64,000 nucleotides of DNA from a virus (IMGVR_UViG_3300044956_000373:5888-69887), one strand, 5' to 3'. Counted from the stretch's first letter, positions 8,440 to 18,836 are shown. Made by a program: numbers and translations. Notes: generated by a model from the sequence alone, not told the origin.

Positions 8440-11259
8440 ATGATATCACAAGAAGAAATTGAACAATTTCTTCAGGGAAATGATCCTGAAGAATTTATCG
8501 TATCCGTAGAATACGATTACTTATCCGACAAAATTTTTAAAATCAAAGAAGTTCCTGGTAAAGGAAAACGAATCCAAAAAGATACATTAATATCTTTTGC
8601 TTGGGTCGGAGATTTACGAAATCTAAATTTTTATTCTAAATCTAAGGCTCTACAGAAAGAAGCCATGACAAAACATGGTATCATTATAGAAAAACTACGA
8701 ACTGACAAAAACGAGCGTTTAGATAATGGATTAACATTTCTTGTTAAGTCCATGAAAGGTTATAGAAACCTTATTCAGTTTTTTAGAGAAGGTGGAGTTG
8801 ATCCTTGGGGTGAAAATGTAAGAGACCTTATCATGGTTCTTCCCCCTGTTGAGCAATACCTTATCTCAAAAGAAAAACGACTATTCAAAGGATTCGAGGA
8901 ATACAATGACATCACGAGGATGGTATTCGACCTTGAGACGACCTCACTTGAACCCAAGGATGGTCGTATCTTCATGATTGGAATCAAAACAAACAAAGGA
9001 TTCAAAAAAGTTATTGAGTGCACTAACGAAGATGAAGAACGAAGAGGTATTACGGAGTTCTTTAGAATAATAGAAGAACAAAAACCATCAATTCTTTCAG
9101 GATACAACTCATTCAACTTCGACTGGTATTGGATTTATGAAAGATGTAAAATCTTGAATATTGATATCAAACGAGTTGCAAAATCTTTAAACCCTGCGAA
9201 ATCTATTTCACAAAAAGAGTCCATGTTGAAACTTGCAAACGAGGTAGAGAAATTTACTCAAACTCAAATGTGGGGTTATAACATTATTGACATTTTACAT
9301 TCTGTTAGAAGAGCCCAAGCCATCAACTCAAACATCAAAGAAGCTGGTTTGAAGTATATTACAAAATATATTGAGGCTGAGGCTCCTGATCGTGTTTATG
9401 TTGAACATAATAAAATCGGATCGATGTATCGTGAGAAAGAAGAGTATTGGTTAAACATTGAAAATGGTAAATACAAGAAAGTTGGTGTAGACACAAAGAT
9501 TGATGAGGTTTGTTCGAGACACTCAAATGTATATTTGAAAACAACTGGGGACGACATTATTGAGCGTTATCTTGACGATGACCTTGAAGAAACTCTATTG
9601 GTTGACGAAGAATTCAACCAAGGTTCGTTTTTGTTGGCATCACTTCTTCCAACAACATATGAAAGAGTTTCAACGATGGGAACGGCAACATTATGGAAAA
9701 TGTTGATGTTGGCATGGTCTTATAAACATGGACTTGCAATTCCCGCGAAGAATGACAAAGGGAACTTTGTAGGAGGACTTTCCCGTTTGATTCGAACAGG
9801 ATACTCCAAGAACGTATTAAAACTTGACTACTCGTCTCTATATCCGTCCATTCAGTTGGTTCACGATGTATTCCCCGAATGTGATGTGACAGGTGCAATG
9901 AAAGGTTTATTGTCTTACTTCCGTAACACTCGTATCAAATACAAACAACTTGCTGAGGAGTATGCGACAATAGACAAAAAGAAATCAACTTCTTATGACC
10001 GTAAACAATTACCAATTAAGATCTTCATAAACTCAATGTTTGGATCCTTGTCAGCCCCACAAGTATTTCATTGGGGTGATATGGACAAGGGTGAGATGAT
10101 TACTTGTACAGGTCGTCAGTATCTTCGTATGATGATTAACTTCTTTATGGATCGTGGATATACACCTCTTGTAATGGACACGGACGGTATTAACTTCTCT
10201 GTTCCTGATGGTGTTGAGGAAAGACGATATGTTGGTAAAGGTCTGAATTGGAAGGTAAAAGAAGGTAAAGAATATATTGGTGAAGAAGCAGATGTGATGG
10301 AATTTAATGATCTTGCGATGAGAGGTGAGATGGCTCTTGATGCCGACGGACAATGGCCTGCGTGCATTAACTTATCTCGTAAAAACTACGCACTTATAAC
10401 CTCTAAAGGTAAAATTAAACTTACAGGAAACTCAATTAAATCTAAGAAAATGCCAATTTATATTGAGAAGTTCTTAGATAAAGGGATCAAACTTCTTTTA
10501 GATGGTGAAGGCCAAGAATTTGTTGAGTATTATTATGAATATTTACAACAGATATTTGATTTACAAATACCTTTGTTGGATATTGCAAACAAAGCAAAAG
10601 TAAAACAAAGTATTGATGACTATATTATTCTTAGTAAACAAACAACAAAGGCAGGAAGTTTAATGTCTCGTCAAGCACATATGGAACTTGCTATCAAAGA
10701 AGGTCTCAATGTAAATCTTGGTGATGTAATCTTTTATGTAAATAACGGAACTAAGACTTCACACGGTGATGTTCAGAAAGTTAATAAACCAAAGAAAGGA
10801 TGGTCTAAAGAACATATTAATACTTATGGTGGATCTATTCCTGATAACTTAGAGTCGATAATACAACTTAATTGTTATCGTATTGACCCTTCGGATTTAG
10901 AAAATAACCCAATTATGAAAGGTCAGTATAACATCCAACGAGCAATCGCAACATTTAACAAAAGAGTGGAACCATTACTTGTAGTGTTTAAACAAGTAGT
11001 TAGAAACGGATTGTTAGTTAAAAACCCTGAGGACAGACCATTCTTCACTAAAGATCAATGTGAACTAATCAATGGACAACCTTTTCATGAAGAAGATCAA
11101 GATAAGTTAGAAGATGTTATGGAAATATCGGATGAAGAAATGTCGTTTTGGAATAGAGTTGGTGAAACTCCATATCACATGTATAAGTTAGCGGATAATA
11201 GTATGTTAAGATACGTTCCCGAAAATGATTTAGTCAAGTTTAATACCATCACTAGATAA
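8440..11259 (+). CDS. polB: Family B DNA polymerase
   Basis: Exo I FDLETT, Exo II YNSFNFD, pol motif A DYSSLYPS, motif B KIFINSMFG, motif C MDTDG. Confidence 0.95.
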   Translation: MISQEEIEQFLQGNDPEEFIVSVEYDYLSDKIFKIKEVPGKGKRIQKDTLISFAWVGDLRNLNFYSKSKALQKEAMTKHGIIIEKLRTDKNERLDNGLTFLVKSMKGYRNLIQFFREGGVDPWGENVRDLIMVLPPVEQYLISKEKRLFKGFEEYNDITRMVFDLETTSLEPKDGRIFMIGIKTNKGFKKVIECTNEDEERRGITEFFRIIEEQKPSILSGYNSFNFDWYWIYERCKILNIDIKRVAKSLNPAKSISQKESMLKLANEVEKFTQTQMWGYNIIDILHSVRRAQAINSNIKEAGLKYITKYIEAEAPDRVYVEHNKIGSMYREKEEYWLNIENGKYKKVGVDTKIDEVCSRHSNVYLKTTGDDIIERYLDDDLEETLLVDEEFNQGSFLLASLLPTTYERVSTMGTATLWKMLMLAWSYKHGLAIPAKNDKGNFVGGLSRLIRTGYSKNVLKLDYSSLYPSIQLVHDVFPECDVTGAMKGLLSYFRNTRIKYKQLAEEYATIDKKKSTSYDRKQLPIKIFINSMFGSLSAPQVFHWGDMDKGEMITCTGRQYLRMMINFFMDRGYTPLVMDTDGINFSVPDGVEERRYVGKGLNWKVKEGKEYIGEEADVMEFNDLAMRGEMALDADGQWPACINLSRKNYALITSKGKIKLTGNSIKSKKMPIYIEKFLDKGIKLLLDGEGQEFVEYYYEYLQQIFDLQIPLLDIANKAKVKQSIDDYIILSKQTTKAGSLMSRQAHMELAIKEGLNVNLGDVIFYVNNGTKTSHGDVQKVNKPKKGWSKEHINTYGGSIPDNLESIIQLNCYRIDPSDLENNPIMKGQYNIQRAIATFNKRVEPLLVVFKQVVRNGLLVKNPEDRPFFTKDQCELINGQPFHEEDQDKLEDVMEISDEEMSFWNRVGETPYHMYKLADNSMLRYVPENDLVKFNTITR

Positions 11260-11589
11260 TATATACCAAGTTCCTGACACAAATCTAAAATTGATACAAG
11301 CTCCTCTTGATAGTGAAATTTCATCCCAATCTTCGTCTATTCGACCAATGTCGGGTATAATAGTCACACTTGTCAGTGTTTTTATTGTTACAATTTCCGT
11401 AGTTAAAGAATTTAATTTTATTTTTGATTGATTAACATCTTTAACAATTATTAATTCTTCACCATTTGTAGCGTAGAAATTCTCGCTAATAACCGCAGTT
11501 TCATGAGTATCATACACAAATGATCTGTCTCCTCTAATTATTGTTTTTCTTGTTGGTCTTCCAGTGAAAATCGACATATTATATAACAT
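11230..11589 (-). CDS. Hypothetical virion-associated protein
   Basis: 119 aa ORF coupled to the neck gene (likely start 11577); C-terminal GTWYILSSDG; overlaps the polB 3' end convergently. Confidence 0.6.
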   Translation of the reverse strand: MLYNMSIFTGRPTRKTIIRGDRSFVYDTHETAVISENFYATNGEELIIVKDVNQSKIKLNSLTTEIVTIKTLTSVTIIPDIGRIDEDWDEISLSRGACINFRFVSGTWYILSSDGIKLD

Positions 11590-12703
11590 ATATTTGTTTA
11601 GGCATAGCTCTAAACTTTAATTGTTTATTTAGGTTTTCAGCTAATAAAGATTCTCTTTCCATTATTTTTTCAGGACGAAGTCTTGTTAATCTACCCTCCG
11701 TACCAATTAACTCGTCAATTAATTTTGTTTTTTCATCTTTAGCTTCAGTTGCCAGAGCGGCGTAATCCATAGTCAAATCCCCATCAGGAGTTTTTAAACT
11801 ACCTGAAAATTTACCTCTAACTCTTGCTAAAGTTTCTTTACAATATGCCGTAAACCATCTTCTAACCCATATTTGTGCGGGATTATTTAACTCGTACCAA
11901 CTAATTTTTTCAAAAGGTACATCAGATGGTAATTTAATAATATCAGGATTATCTTTCAAACATTGGTCTCTATCACCACCATCAATGTCGTAATACCAAT
12001 ACCAAACTCTACCTTGCATTAATTCTGAATTACCAAAGTCAAATTTACCACCTGGTGTGTTCATTAAGTGTAATGCTTTTTTACCTCCTGGTAATGCAGT
12101 AACTCTGTAAGTTAACTCACCAGCTATTATTCTTTTTTGAATATTAATCTCTTGCATTCTGAGTAACATGTCAAATGCCGGCATTAAAAAGTAACTACCC
12201 GACATATTACCAACTTGAGCATATCCTGCAGGTCCTGATATACCACCACCTGCAATACCACCAAAAGCCCAAGGGTCGAATAATAAATTATTTAAAGTTG
12301 GTGGCGTAAACCAAAGTACTTCATTTAGTTCTCTACCTGCAGGTATTTCATATATCTGTTGATTGGGGACTAATTGTACATAATCTTTTTTTAAGACCCA
12401 ATCACCTCCCGCTTGTAAACCCACTATCTTAGAATATGCATAAGTATACCTTGTTTCGAAATCTAAACTTTTAGTTAAAAAGGCTTTTGATAATGATTGT
12501 GTATCCAAATCTAAATTATAGAGTGAAGTCCATTGAGACTCTATTAACCAGTCTTGAACGTATTGTGAATAATCGTCAATTGTATACTCCAACAGAGTAT
12601 CCATCATTTCATCTTCCAACTCAACAGATCTTAACGGAGCACCCAATAAGTGTCTAACTTTTTGGTAAAACTGACTTCTTTCTGGTTCATTGATAACTGC
12701 CAT
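11579..12703 (-). CDS. Neck/head-tail connector protein (T4 gp13-like)
   Basis: VRHLLGAPLRSVELEDEMMD N-terminus and WVRRWFTAYCKETLARVRGKF...LTMD C-terminus; TATTTATA motif on the minus strand at 12717-12724. Confidence 0.7.
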   Translation of the reverse strand: MAVINEPERSQFYQKVRHLLGAPLRSVELEDEMMDTLLEYTIDDYSQYVQDWLIESQWTSLYNLDLDTQSLSKAFLTKSLDFETRYTYAYSKIVGLQAGGDWVLKKDYVQLVPNQQIYEIPAGRELNEVLWFTPPTLNNLLFDPWAFGGIAGGGISGPAGYAQVGNMSGSYFLMPAFDMLLRMQEINIQKRIIAGELTYRVTALPGGKKALHLMNTPGGKFDFGNSELMQGRVWYWYYDIDGGDRDQCLKDNPDIIKLPSDVPFEKISWYELNNPAQIWVRRWFTAYCKETLARVRGKFSGSLKTPDGDLTMDYAALATEAKDEKTKLIDELIGTEGRLTRLRPEKIMERESLLAENLNKQLKFRAMPKQIYVI

Positions 12704-12737
12704 GTGATTGTTTTTTTATAAATATCTAATAACTTTA

Positions 12738-14945
12738 TTATTTATTTTCAGTACAAATAACAAGTTGTTTTTCTGACGAAGGAACATTTAACGTTACGGT
12801 TTTTAACGTATCGTCATCTATGAATTTATATCCAACAATTTTACTATATTCAGGGTTTATTCTAAACCTAATTGATATTCTTTTCTCGTCACAACCTTTT
12901 TGACCTTTGTTCGACCAATACAATTCAATATATTCGATTGGTACAATGAAGTCGTCATCATAAATAATCCCTGACATTTGATTTTTAACTTTAGTTAGAT
13001 AATCTTTTGACGTTGCATTTTTAATCAACCAATTATAAATTCTATCTATTAAATTATTATATAGATCACCTACAACAGATTTTTTATCCGATATTGAACT
13101 TTGTTTAAAAATTGAAAAGAATTCAGATAAATAACTATCAATAAATGGGTCCATTTTTTTTACCTCAAATAAAGATCCTTTAGGGAAAATAACTTCTCCA
13201 TCCTCATTTTTTAAATCTTCAATAGACTCTAAATCTGATTTAATATAATACGAACCTGATTTAAATGATTGAGATATGCACCCAACGATCCTAAAAAAAT
13301 GATAATCAATAGTTTCTTCTTTATTGTGTATTTTCATTAAAGTGTCGATTAGTTTTTCTTTTGTATCATCACTGCAATGATAATTCAATCTCAAATTAGT
13401 TGGTTTATATTTAAAAAATTTACCCTCAAATCTTTTTTCATATTTTTGATACTCTTTTAATTTTGCGGTATCTGTTATATCAGATATATCATTAGGGACA
13501 ATTGTTGAGTTTCTAAATTTATTAAGAGTCTTTTTAGTTACGTCATCATTATAATCTTCATCAGTTATAAATAGGGCAATTAGATTTAAATAACTTACAA
13601 CTCTTTCCTCATTTTTAAGTGCTAAATTTACAATTGCAGGAAATACACCAACATTTTTATTTCTAAAAAAATTATCTAAAATAATAATACTTTTTTCTAA
13701 AGAGTTTTTCAAAAACTCATCGGTCATATCATCTTTAATTTTTTTTAATCTACAATATGGTGAGTTCTCGATCTTTCTTTTGGTTGCGAATCCACATAAA
13801 TAATCAATTATAGACCCTTCAGTTTTTTTTGACTCACTAATTAAAGATCCTTTCGATTCTTTGTTTTTAGCTTTCATATTAAATAACTCTTCAACAAAAT
13901 TCCAATTAACAACATCCCAAAACTTTTTAATGTATTCATCCCGTTTGTTTTGATATTTCAAATAATAGGCGTGTTCCCAAACATCAAGACCCAAAACAGG
14001 ATACCCACCTCCTTTAACAATATCCATCAAAGGATTATCTTGATTTGTTGTGGACATAACTTTTAATTTTCCATCTTTAGTCAAATATAACCAAGCCCAA
14101 CCAGAACCAAATCTATCTTTAGCAGCTTGATTAAACTCATCCTTCATTCTTTTGATGTTTCCAAAATCTTTGTTGATTTGTTTTAAAACATTCCCTCTTG
14201 GTTTTTGTTTTTTTGGTGATAACATTTTCCAAAACAATGCGTGATTGAAGGCGCCTCCGGCGTTGTTTCTCACTTTATCATTGAACTTGCTGATCGATTT
14301 TATTATTTCATCGAGCTCAAGATTTCCATTTTTATTTTTTAATTCTTTATTCAACTTATCGACGTACCCTATATAATGTTTATTATAATGTACGTCCATT
14401 GTTTTAGAATCTATAAACCTAGATAGTGATGAATATGAGTATGGTAATTTTTCAATACCAATTTTTTTCATTTCATTTATTAGAGTTTTTTCTATTTCAT
14501 ATTTTTCAGTTAAAAGAATAGATTCGTTTAATAAATTTAATTTTTTTTGAATTCCTTTATTTTCATACATTTTTGGTTCGTGATCAGGGTTTTCTTTCTC
14601 AAACATCTTAACAAGTCTTCCTGCAAAGGCATTTGCTTCATCTTCATTTTTACCACCAATGTTTGGTCCTTTTTCTCTTTTTAAAACATCCATTTGATGT
14701 TCGTGAATCCATTCGTGAGCTAAGGTTCTCATGATATCTCTATTCATTCGATCACCAACTAAGACCTTAATAACGTTATCAGACCTTCTACTACCTGTTG
14801 ACATAGCACCTTTTTTTTGATTTAAAAAGAATATTTCCAAATCATTTTTTAACGGAAATTCTCTTTGTAGAAGTTTAATAAACTTATTAACAAAGTCAGA
14901 ATGTTTTCTAAAATCTTTATTTTCGTAATTGATAGATACTTTCAT
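12738..14945 (-). CDS. sodA: Multidomain protein: HExxH domain + Mn/Fe superoxide dismutase + unknown C-terminal domain
   Basis: RTLAHEWIHEHQ near 14700. SOD motifs LPYSY, HYNKHY, NAGGAFNHALFW, FGSGWAW, NQDNP and DVWEHAYY at about 13885-14465. Confidence 0.85.
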   Translation of the reverse strand: MKVSINYENKDFRKHSDFVNKFIKLLQREFPLKNDLEIFFLNQKKGAMSTGSRRSDNVIKVLVGDRMNRDIMRTLAHEWIHEHQMDVLKREKGPNIGGKNEDEANAFAGRLVKMFEKENPDHEPKMYENKGIQKKLNLLNESILLTEKYEIEKTLINEMKKIGIEKLPYSYSSLSRFIDSKTMDVHYNKHYIGYVDKLNKELKNKNGNLELDEIIKSISKFNDKVRNNAGGAFNHALFWKMLSPKKQKPRGNVLKQINKDFGNIKRMKDEFNQAAKDRFGSGWAWLYLTKDGKLKVMSTTNQDNPLMDIVKGGGYPVLGLDVWEHAYYLKYQNKRDEYIKKFWDVVNWNFVEELFNMKAKNKESKGSLISESKKTEGSIIDYLCGFATKRKIENSPYCRLKKIKDDMTDEFLKNSLEKSIIILDNFFRNKNVGVFPAIVNLALKNEERVVSYLNLIALFITDEDYNDDVTKKTLNKFRNSTIVPNDISDITDTAKLKEYQKYEKRFEGKFFKYKPTNLRLNYHCSDDTKEKLIDTLMKIHNKEETIDYHFFRIVGCISQSFKSGSYYIKSDLESIEDLKNEDGEVIFPKGSLFEVKKMDPFIDSYLSEFFSIFKQSSISDKKSVVGDLYNNLIDRIYNWLIKNATSKDYLTKVKNQMSGIIYDDDFIVPIEYIELYWSNKGQKGCDEKRISIRFRINPEYSKIVGYKFIDDDTLKTVTLNVPSSEKQLVICTENK

Positions 14946-14946
14946 A

Positions 14947-15375
14947 TTATTTCGAAACTTCGAAGAATGTAGAATCGGACTCTAAAACATATTGTCCTAA
15001 ATTTGTTATGTAGTTTACAGACGTTTTATAATTACCTGTTATCATAGGTCTATAAAAACTTGAGGTTTCGCCAGAAATAATCTCCGTATTAAGATGCCAA
15101 TCCCATGTTGTTGAAATTACGGGTATCGCAAATTCAGTGGGTGTTATTGCAAATAAATCCGACCCATTGATCATCACGTTCAATTTATTTTCAAAAACTA
15201 AAGATAACATAGTAGTTTTAAGATTATTAATTTGACCTTGTAAATCAACATCTATTTGATCATTTATTGAATCTTCTGGTAAAATTTTTGTTTCTAATGA
15301 TTCATCTATTGAATCTAACGAACTAAGTTCATCACTCAACCCACTAATTTGGTCCTGATCTAATTTTGTTGGCAT
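14947..15375 (-). CDS. Hypothetical protein, possible Ig-like C-terminus
   Basis: 142 aa ORF; WDWHLNTEIISGETSSFYRP...GNYKTSV; TATTTATT on the minus strand at 15392-15399. Confidence 0.55.
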   Translation of the reverse strand: MPTKLDQDQISGLSDELSSLDSIDESLETKILPEDSINDQIDVDLQGQINNLKTTMLSLVFENKLNVMINGSDLFAITPTEFAIPVISTTWDWHLNTEIISGETSSFYRPMITGNYKTSVNYITNLGQYVLESDSTFFEVSK

Positions 15376-15399
15376 AATTTATTTATTTCTAAATAAATA

Positions 15400-18321
15400 T
15401 CACCTTTTGTTAATTAGGTTTAATATTTCCTCGACAACATCACCAACATTTTCAGGTATTTGATCACCCATCACGGTTCTGATAATTTCTTTTTTCTTAT
15501 TCAAAATATCATAAATCACACCCTCTATTGTATTTTCATATAAAGGATAGTAAACCAACACGTTTGATTTTTGACCATAACGATATGCCCTATCTTCCGC
15601 TTGTGCGTGTTCTGCAGGAACAAATGATAAATCATTTATAATAACAACCTCAGCAGATGTTAATGTTAAACCAACACCAGCCGCCTTTAAATTACCAACA
15701 AAAACTTTTATTTTATCGTCATTTTGAAATGAGTCGACGGCTTGTTGACGAACTGAGTTAGAACAACTACCATCCAAATAAACCGCTTGATTTTTAAAGT
15801 GATGGTAGATTGTTCGAAGTGAGTCTGTAAAGTTGGTAAAAATAATAACTTTTTTCTCTTGTTCTAAAATATTTTCCGCAAATTCAATTGTTTGTTTTGT
15901 TTTTTCATTTGCAATTACTTTTCGAACTTTCATTAATTTTGAAAACTGTACGGTAAGTGATGAAGATTCGTCAGGATTTTTATCATACCAATCATAATAT
16001 TCACCCATTAAATTTTCATATTCTTTCGATTGTAATCTCAAATAAACAGGTGTAATGATTTTATCGGGTAAATCCAAAACTTCTTCTTTTAATCTTCTAA
16101 GAATTTGTTTTGAGGTCCGATCTCTTAACTCTTCTAAGTTAGACGCTCCTGTTACGTTCCATACTTTTCTATTTCCTGCCTTAAACTGATACCCTTGACA
16201 GTATCGAATGGCATAGGCCATCCAATTCTGTGCTACAGGGCTTTCGATGATACTCAAAAGATTGTAATAATTCATGGGTCGTGAAGTCATTGGTGTTCCC
16301 GTTAATAACCACACTCGATTAATTTTTTTTACAAAACTATTTATGATTTTTGTTCTTTGGGCTTGTGCATTTGAAATCATATGGGCTTCATCTAAAATAA
16401 CTAAATCAAAATTGCATTGTTCTAATAAGGTTGGTTCCTTACTTTTTGGATCGTGAAAGTTCTTTAGTATGTCGTAGTTGATAATCACAAAATCATGTTC
16501 GGTTGAAAATTTTTTTCCTTCACAAATAAAAACAGAACGATCTGAATAGTTTTCAATTTCTCTTTGCCAGTTTATTTTAAGTGATGCGGGACAAACAATT
16601 AATATTTTTTTTGATCCTGTTTCTAAGGATGCGATAATTGTAGATGTTGTATTATGTGTAACAATACAATGTTCGGTCACATATAGTTTATCGGGAGAGT
16701 CTACTGAAATACAAACACTTTCTTCAAATCCAACTTTTTCAATATTTTTAATAAATCTACCAGTTGGGTATTTTATAGGTTCAATGTACTTTTCAGCTTT
16801 TCGTTTTAATCTAAAAGGGTTCATTCCTTTTGGTAGTTTAATATTAACCCTATATGATAACTGACCTTTCTTTTTTTCACCATTATATGTATATGTCGGA
16901 ATACGAGTTTTAACTCTCGCAATACCTCCTAATGTTTGAACAATCTCAACAACATCATCACAAAGTTGTTTTGAAATTGTTGAGTATTCGGTTCCTGAAA
17001 AATTTTCTTGTTCATTATACATACAATGACCGTCAGTGTCCATTAACCCTTGTAGTATAGATAATCTATTTTCAATTGATGAATATTTGTATATTTCTGG
17101 TATAAATTTATTGTGTGAACGAGACTCATTTAATTTAAGATTACATAATATGTCTCTACCAATAAATTTATTTCCCTTTCTTTTGTTGTCAATTTGTTTA
17201 TTTTCACTTAAATTGAAACCACCAAATAATTCATCATAATCATCACTATGTACTGTAAATACACAAGATGATTTAGTTAGATGTCCATCCCCTAAAATTA
17301 AACCTAATAAATAAGGATCAATAGGAAGGTTATCATTTCGTTCAAATTGAATTGGTTGAACAATAGGAATTTGCCATTTATTATTTCCGTTTGTTGACTT
17401 GAAGTAAGTTTCAATTTCATATTCCTTATCCTTATTATGACCAACACCTTTAACTTTTATTTTACCCCCCTCAAACATTTGTTTAGTTGATAATACTAAA
17501 GATTTTTTTCGTCTTTTGTTTTTTGTATTTTGGCCATAATTTGGTGATGATACTGACCATAAATGTTCATCCCCCACTAAAATTGAAAATCCGTCATTAA
17601 ATGTGATTTTATATGTTTCTTTGACACCCTGTAGAAATACACCAATAACATTATGAGATTTTCCATCACTACCAATTACTTTGTCACCCACTTTTAAATC
17701 ACCAATTTTTTTTCTACCAATCGGGGTAAATACTTCGTTTTTTACATACTCGCATTTCCCCACCCCCATATCATCTGCCAAAATAAATCTTTTGGATCCT
17801 ACCAACCTTTCAATTGCAATTTTTTGATGATTTAATGGCGGTCGGTGGGAATACTTTGAATAATCAATTTCAACACTCTGAACATTGTGTGTTTTTATAA
17901 GTGCTGATTTGGGGACCCAAAATTCAGACAATTGGTCCTTTTTAAAAAACTTTCCCCAAACGTGATATGATTTTTCTTTTTCTACGAGTAATTTTTCTAT
18001 ATAAATTTTTTCAGGAGTTTGTAACAAATATTTTTCTTCGGCAAATTTCTTAGCGAAGTAGGTGTCTAACTCAACCCACTTTCTTGCAACCTTTGGTGTT
18101 GTTTCAAAGTAATTTATAATATAATCTGCTTGGGCTCGGGTAGGATAAAACTTTTTGGATGTTTCTTTTTTCTGTTTTAAAAAAAGTATGTAGTTATTTG
18201 CACCACTATAAGAATCAAGTAGTTCAAGAGCTTTGTGTTCAACTAAAGACGATATATTATCCAATTCAAGTCTTTCACTAAAAATAACAATAAAATGTAT
18301 ATTTATCAATAAAACACCCAA
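15400..18321 (-). CDS. SNF2-family (HARP-like) helicase/ATPase with intein
   Basis: LADDMGVGK|T Walker A, LDEAH, LLTGTP, GVGLTLT and QAEDRAYRYGQ. True start may be TTG at 18264. Confidence 0.92.
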   Translation of the reverse strand: MGVLLINIHFIVIFSERLELDNISSLVEHKALELLDSYSGANNYILFLKQKKETSKKFYPTRAQADYIINYFETTPKVARKWVELDTYFAKKFAEEKYLLQTPEKIYIEKLLVEKEKSYHVWGKFFKKDQLSEFWVPKSALIKTHNVQSVEIDYSKYSHRPPLNHQKIAIERLVGSKRFILADDMGVGKCEYVKNEVFTPIGRKKIGDLKVGDKVIGSDGKSHNVIGVFLQGVKETYKITFNDGFSILVGDEHLWSVSSPNYGQNTKNKRRKKSLVLSTKQMFEGGKIKVKGVGHNKDKEYEIETYFKSTNGNNKWQIPIVQPIQFERNDNLPIDPYLLGLILGDGHLTKSSCVFTVHSDDYDELFGGFNLSENKQIDNKRKGNKFIGRDILCNLKLNESRSHNKFIPEIYKYSSIENRLSILQGLMDTDGHCMYNEQENFSGTEYSTISKQLCDDVVEIVQTLGGIARVKTRIPTYTYNGEKKKGQLSYRVNIKLPKGMNPFRLKRKAEKYIEPIKYPTGRFIKNIEKVGFEESVCISVDSPDKLYVTEHCIVTHNTTSTIIASLETGSKKILIVCPASLKINWQREIENYSDRSVFICEGKKFSTEHDFVIINYDILKNFHDPKSKEPTLLEQCNFDLVILDEAHMISNAQAQRTKIINSFVKKINRVWLLTGTPMTSRPMNYYNLLSIIESPVAQNWMAYAIRYCQGYQFKAGNRKVWNVTGASNLEELRDRTSKQILRRLKEEVLDLPDKIITPVYLRLQSKEYENLMGEYYDWYDKNPDESSSLTVQFSKLMKVRKVIANEKTKQTIEFAENILEQEKKVIIFTNFTDSLRTIYHHFKNQAVYLDGSCSNSVRQQAVDSFQNDDKIKVFVGNLKAAGVGLTLTSAEVVIINDLSFVPAEHAQAEDRAYRYGQKSNVLVYYPLYENTIEGVIYDILNKKKEIIRTVMGDQIPENVGDVVEEILNLINKR
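16651..17754 (-). mobile_element. Intein with LAGLIDADG homing endonuclease (368 aa)
   Basis: Begins C(EYVKNEVFTP), ends (HCIVT)HN followed by T. Contains LLGLILGDG and LQGLMDTDG. Inserted in Walker A GK|T. Confidence 0.93.
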
Positions 18322-18834
18322 ATGAAAAGTAATGTTCCTATAACGAGGTTAGGTAAATTTTTTGGTGACAGTGATTTTGAATTGGAGATCAGCATGGGAC
18401 AAGAGTGGTTGGTAGGAGATATGAATTTTACTTGCGTATTATATAGAGTTGATAAAAACAAAATTAAAATTGATGATGTTTATGGTGAAGTCTTAAAAGA
18501 CGGGATAAAATTTTTACCCCCTGTCGAATTTAATGCTTACGTTCAAATAGTTGCCCCAACAAACACAAAAATTGGGTCTACTAAAATAGTTCAAAGCGAA
18601 CCAGGAAATATTACAATGTCTGTTTATATTAAAACATTAAATGACTTAGAAATTGACATAAATTTGGGAGATTATGTTGGGTATTACGATAGTGAAAATT
18701 TTGTAAGATATTATACCGTAGTGGACGATGGTCGTGTATATTCTGATTTAAAACATATTTATAAAGGGTATAAACCTTTCTATCGAACCATAACTGGATC
18801 ACCTGTCGGTACTGACGAATTTAGAGCTCTTTAA
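18322..18834 (+). CDS. Head completion/neck protein (T4 gp14-like)
   Basis: Position next to neck and tail genes; LYRVD...DDVYGE motif; TATTTATC at 18300-18307. Confidence 0.5.
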   Translation: MKSNVPITRLGKFFGDSDFELEISMGQEWLVGDMNFTCVLYRVDKNKIKIDDVYGEVLKDGIKFLPPVEFNAYVQIVAPTNTKIGSTKIVQSEPGNITMSVYIKTLNDLEIDINLGDYVGYYDSENFVRYYTVVDDGRVYSDLKHIYKGYKPFYRTITGSPVGTDEFRAL

Positions 18835-18836
18835 TT

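Noticed and set aside
8775-10367. Antisense and alternate-frame ORFs inside polB, and similar ones inside the sheath, tape measure, hub, helicase and baseplate genes
   Set aside because: Shadow ORFs fully overlapping well-supported genes, with no motifs or upstream signals.
11230-11259. Convergent 30-nt overlap of polB and the opposite-strand gene as a regulatory device
   Set aside because: Short convergent overlaps are common in compact phage genomes, and there is no further evidence.
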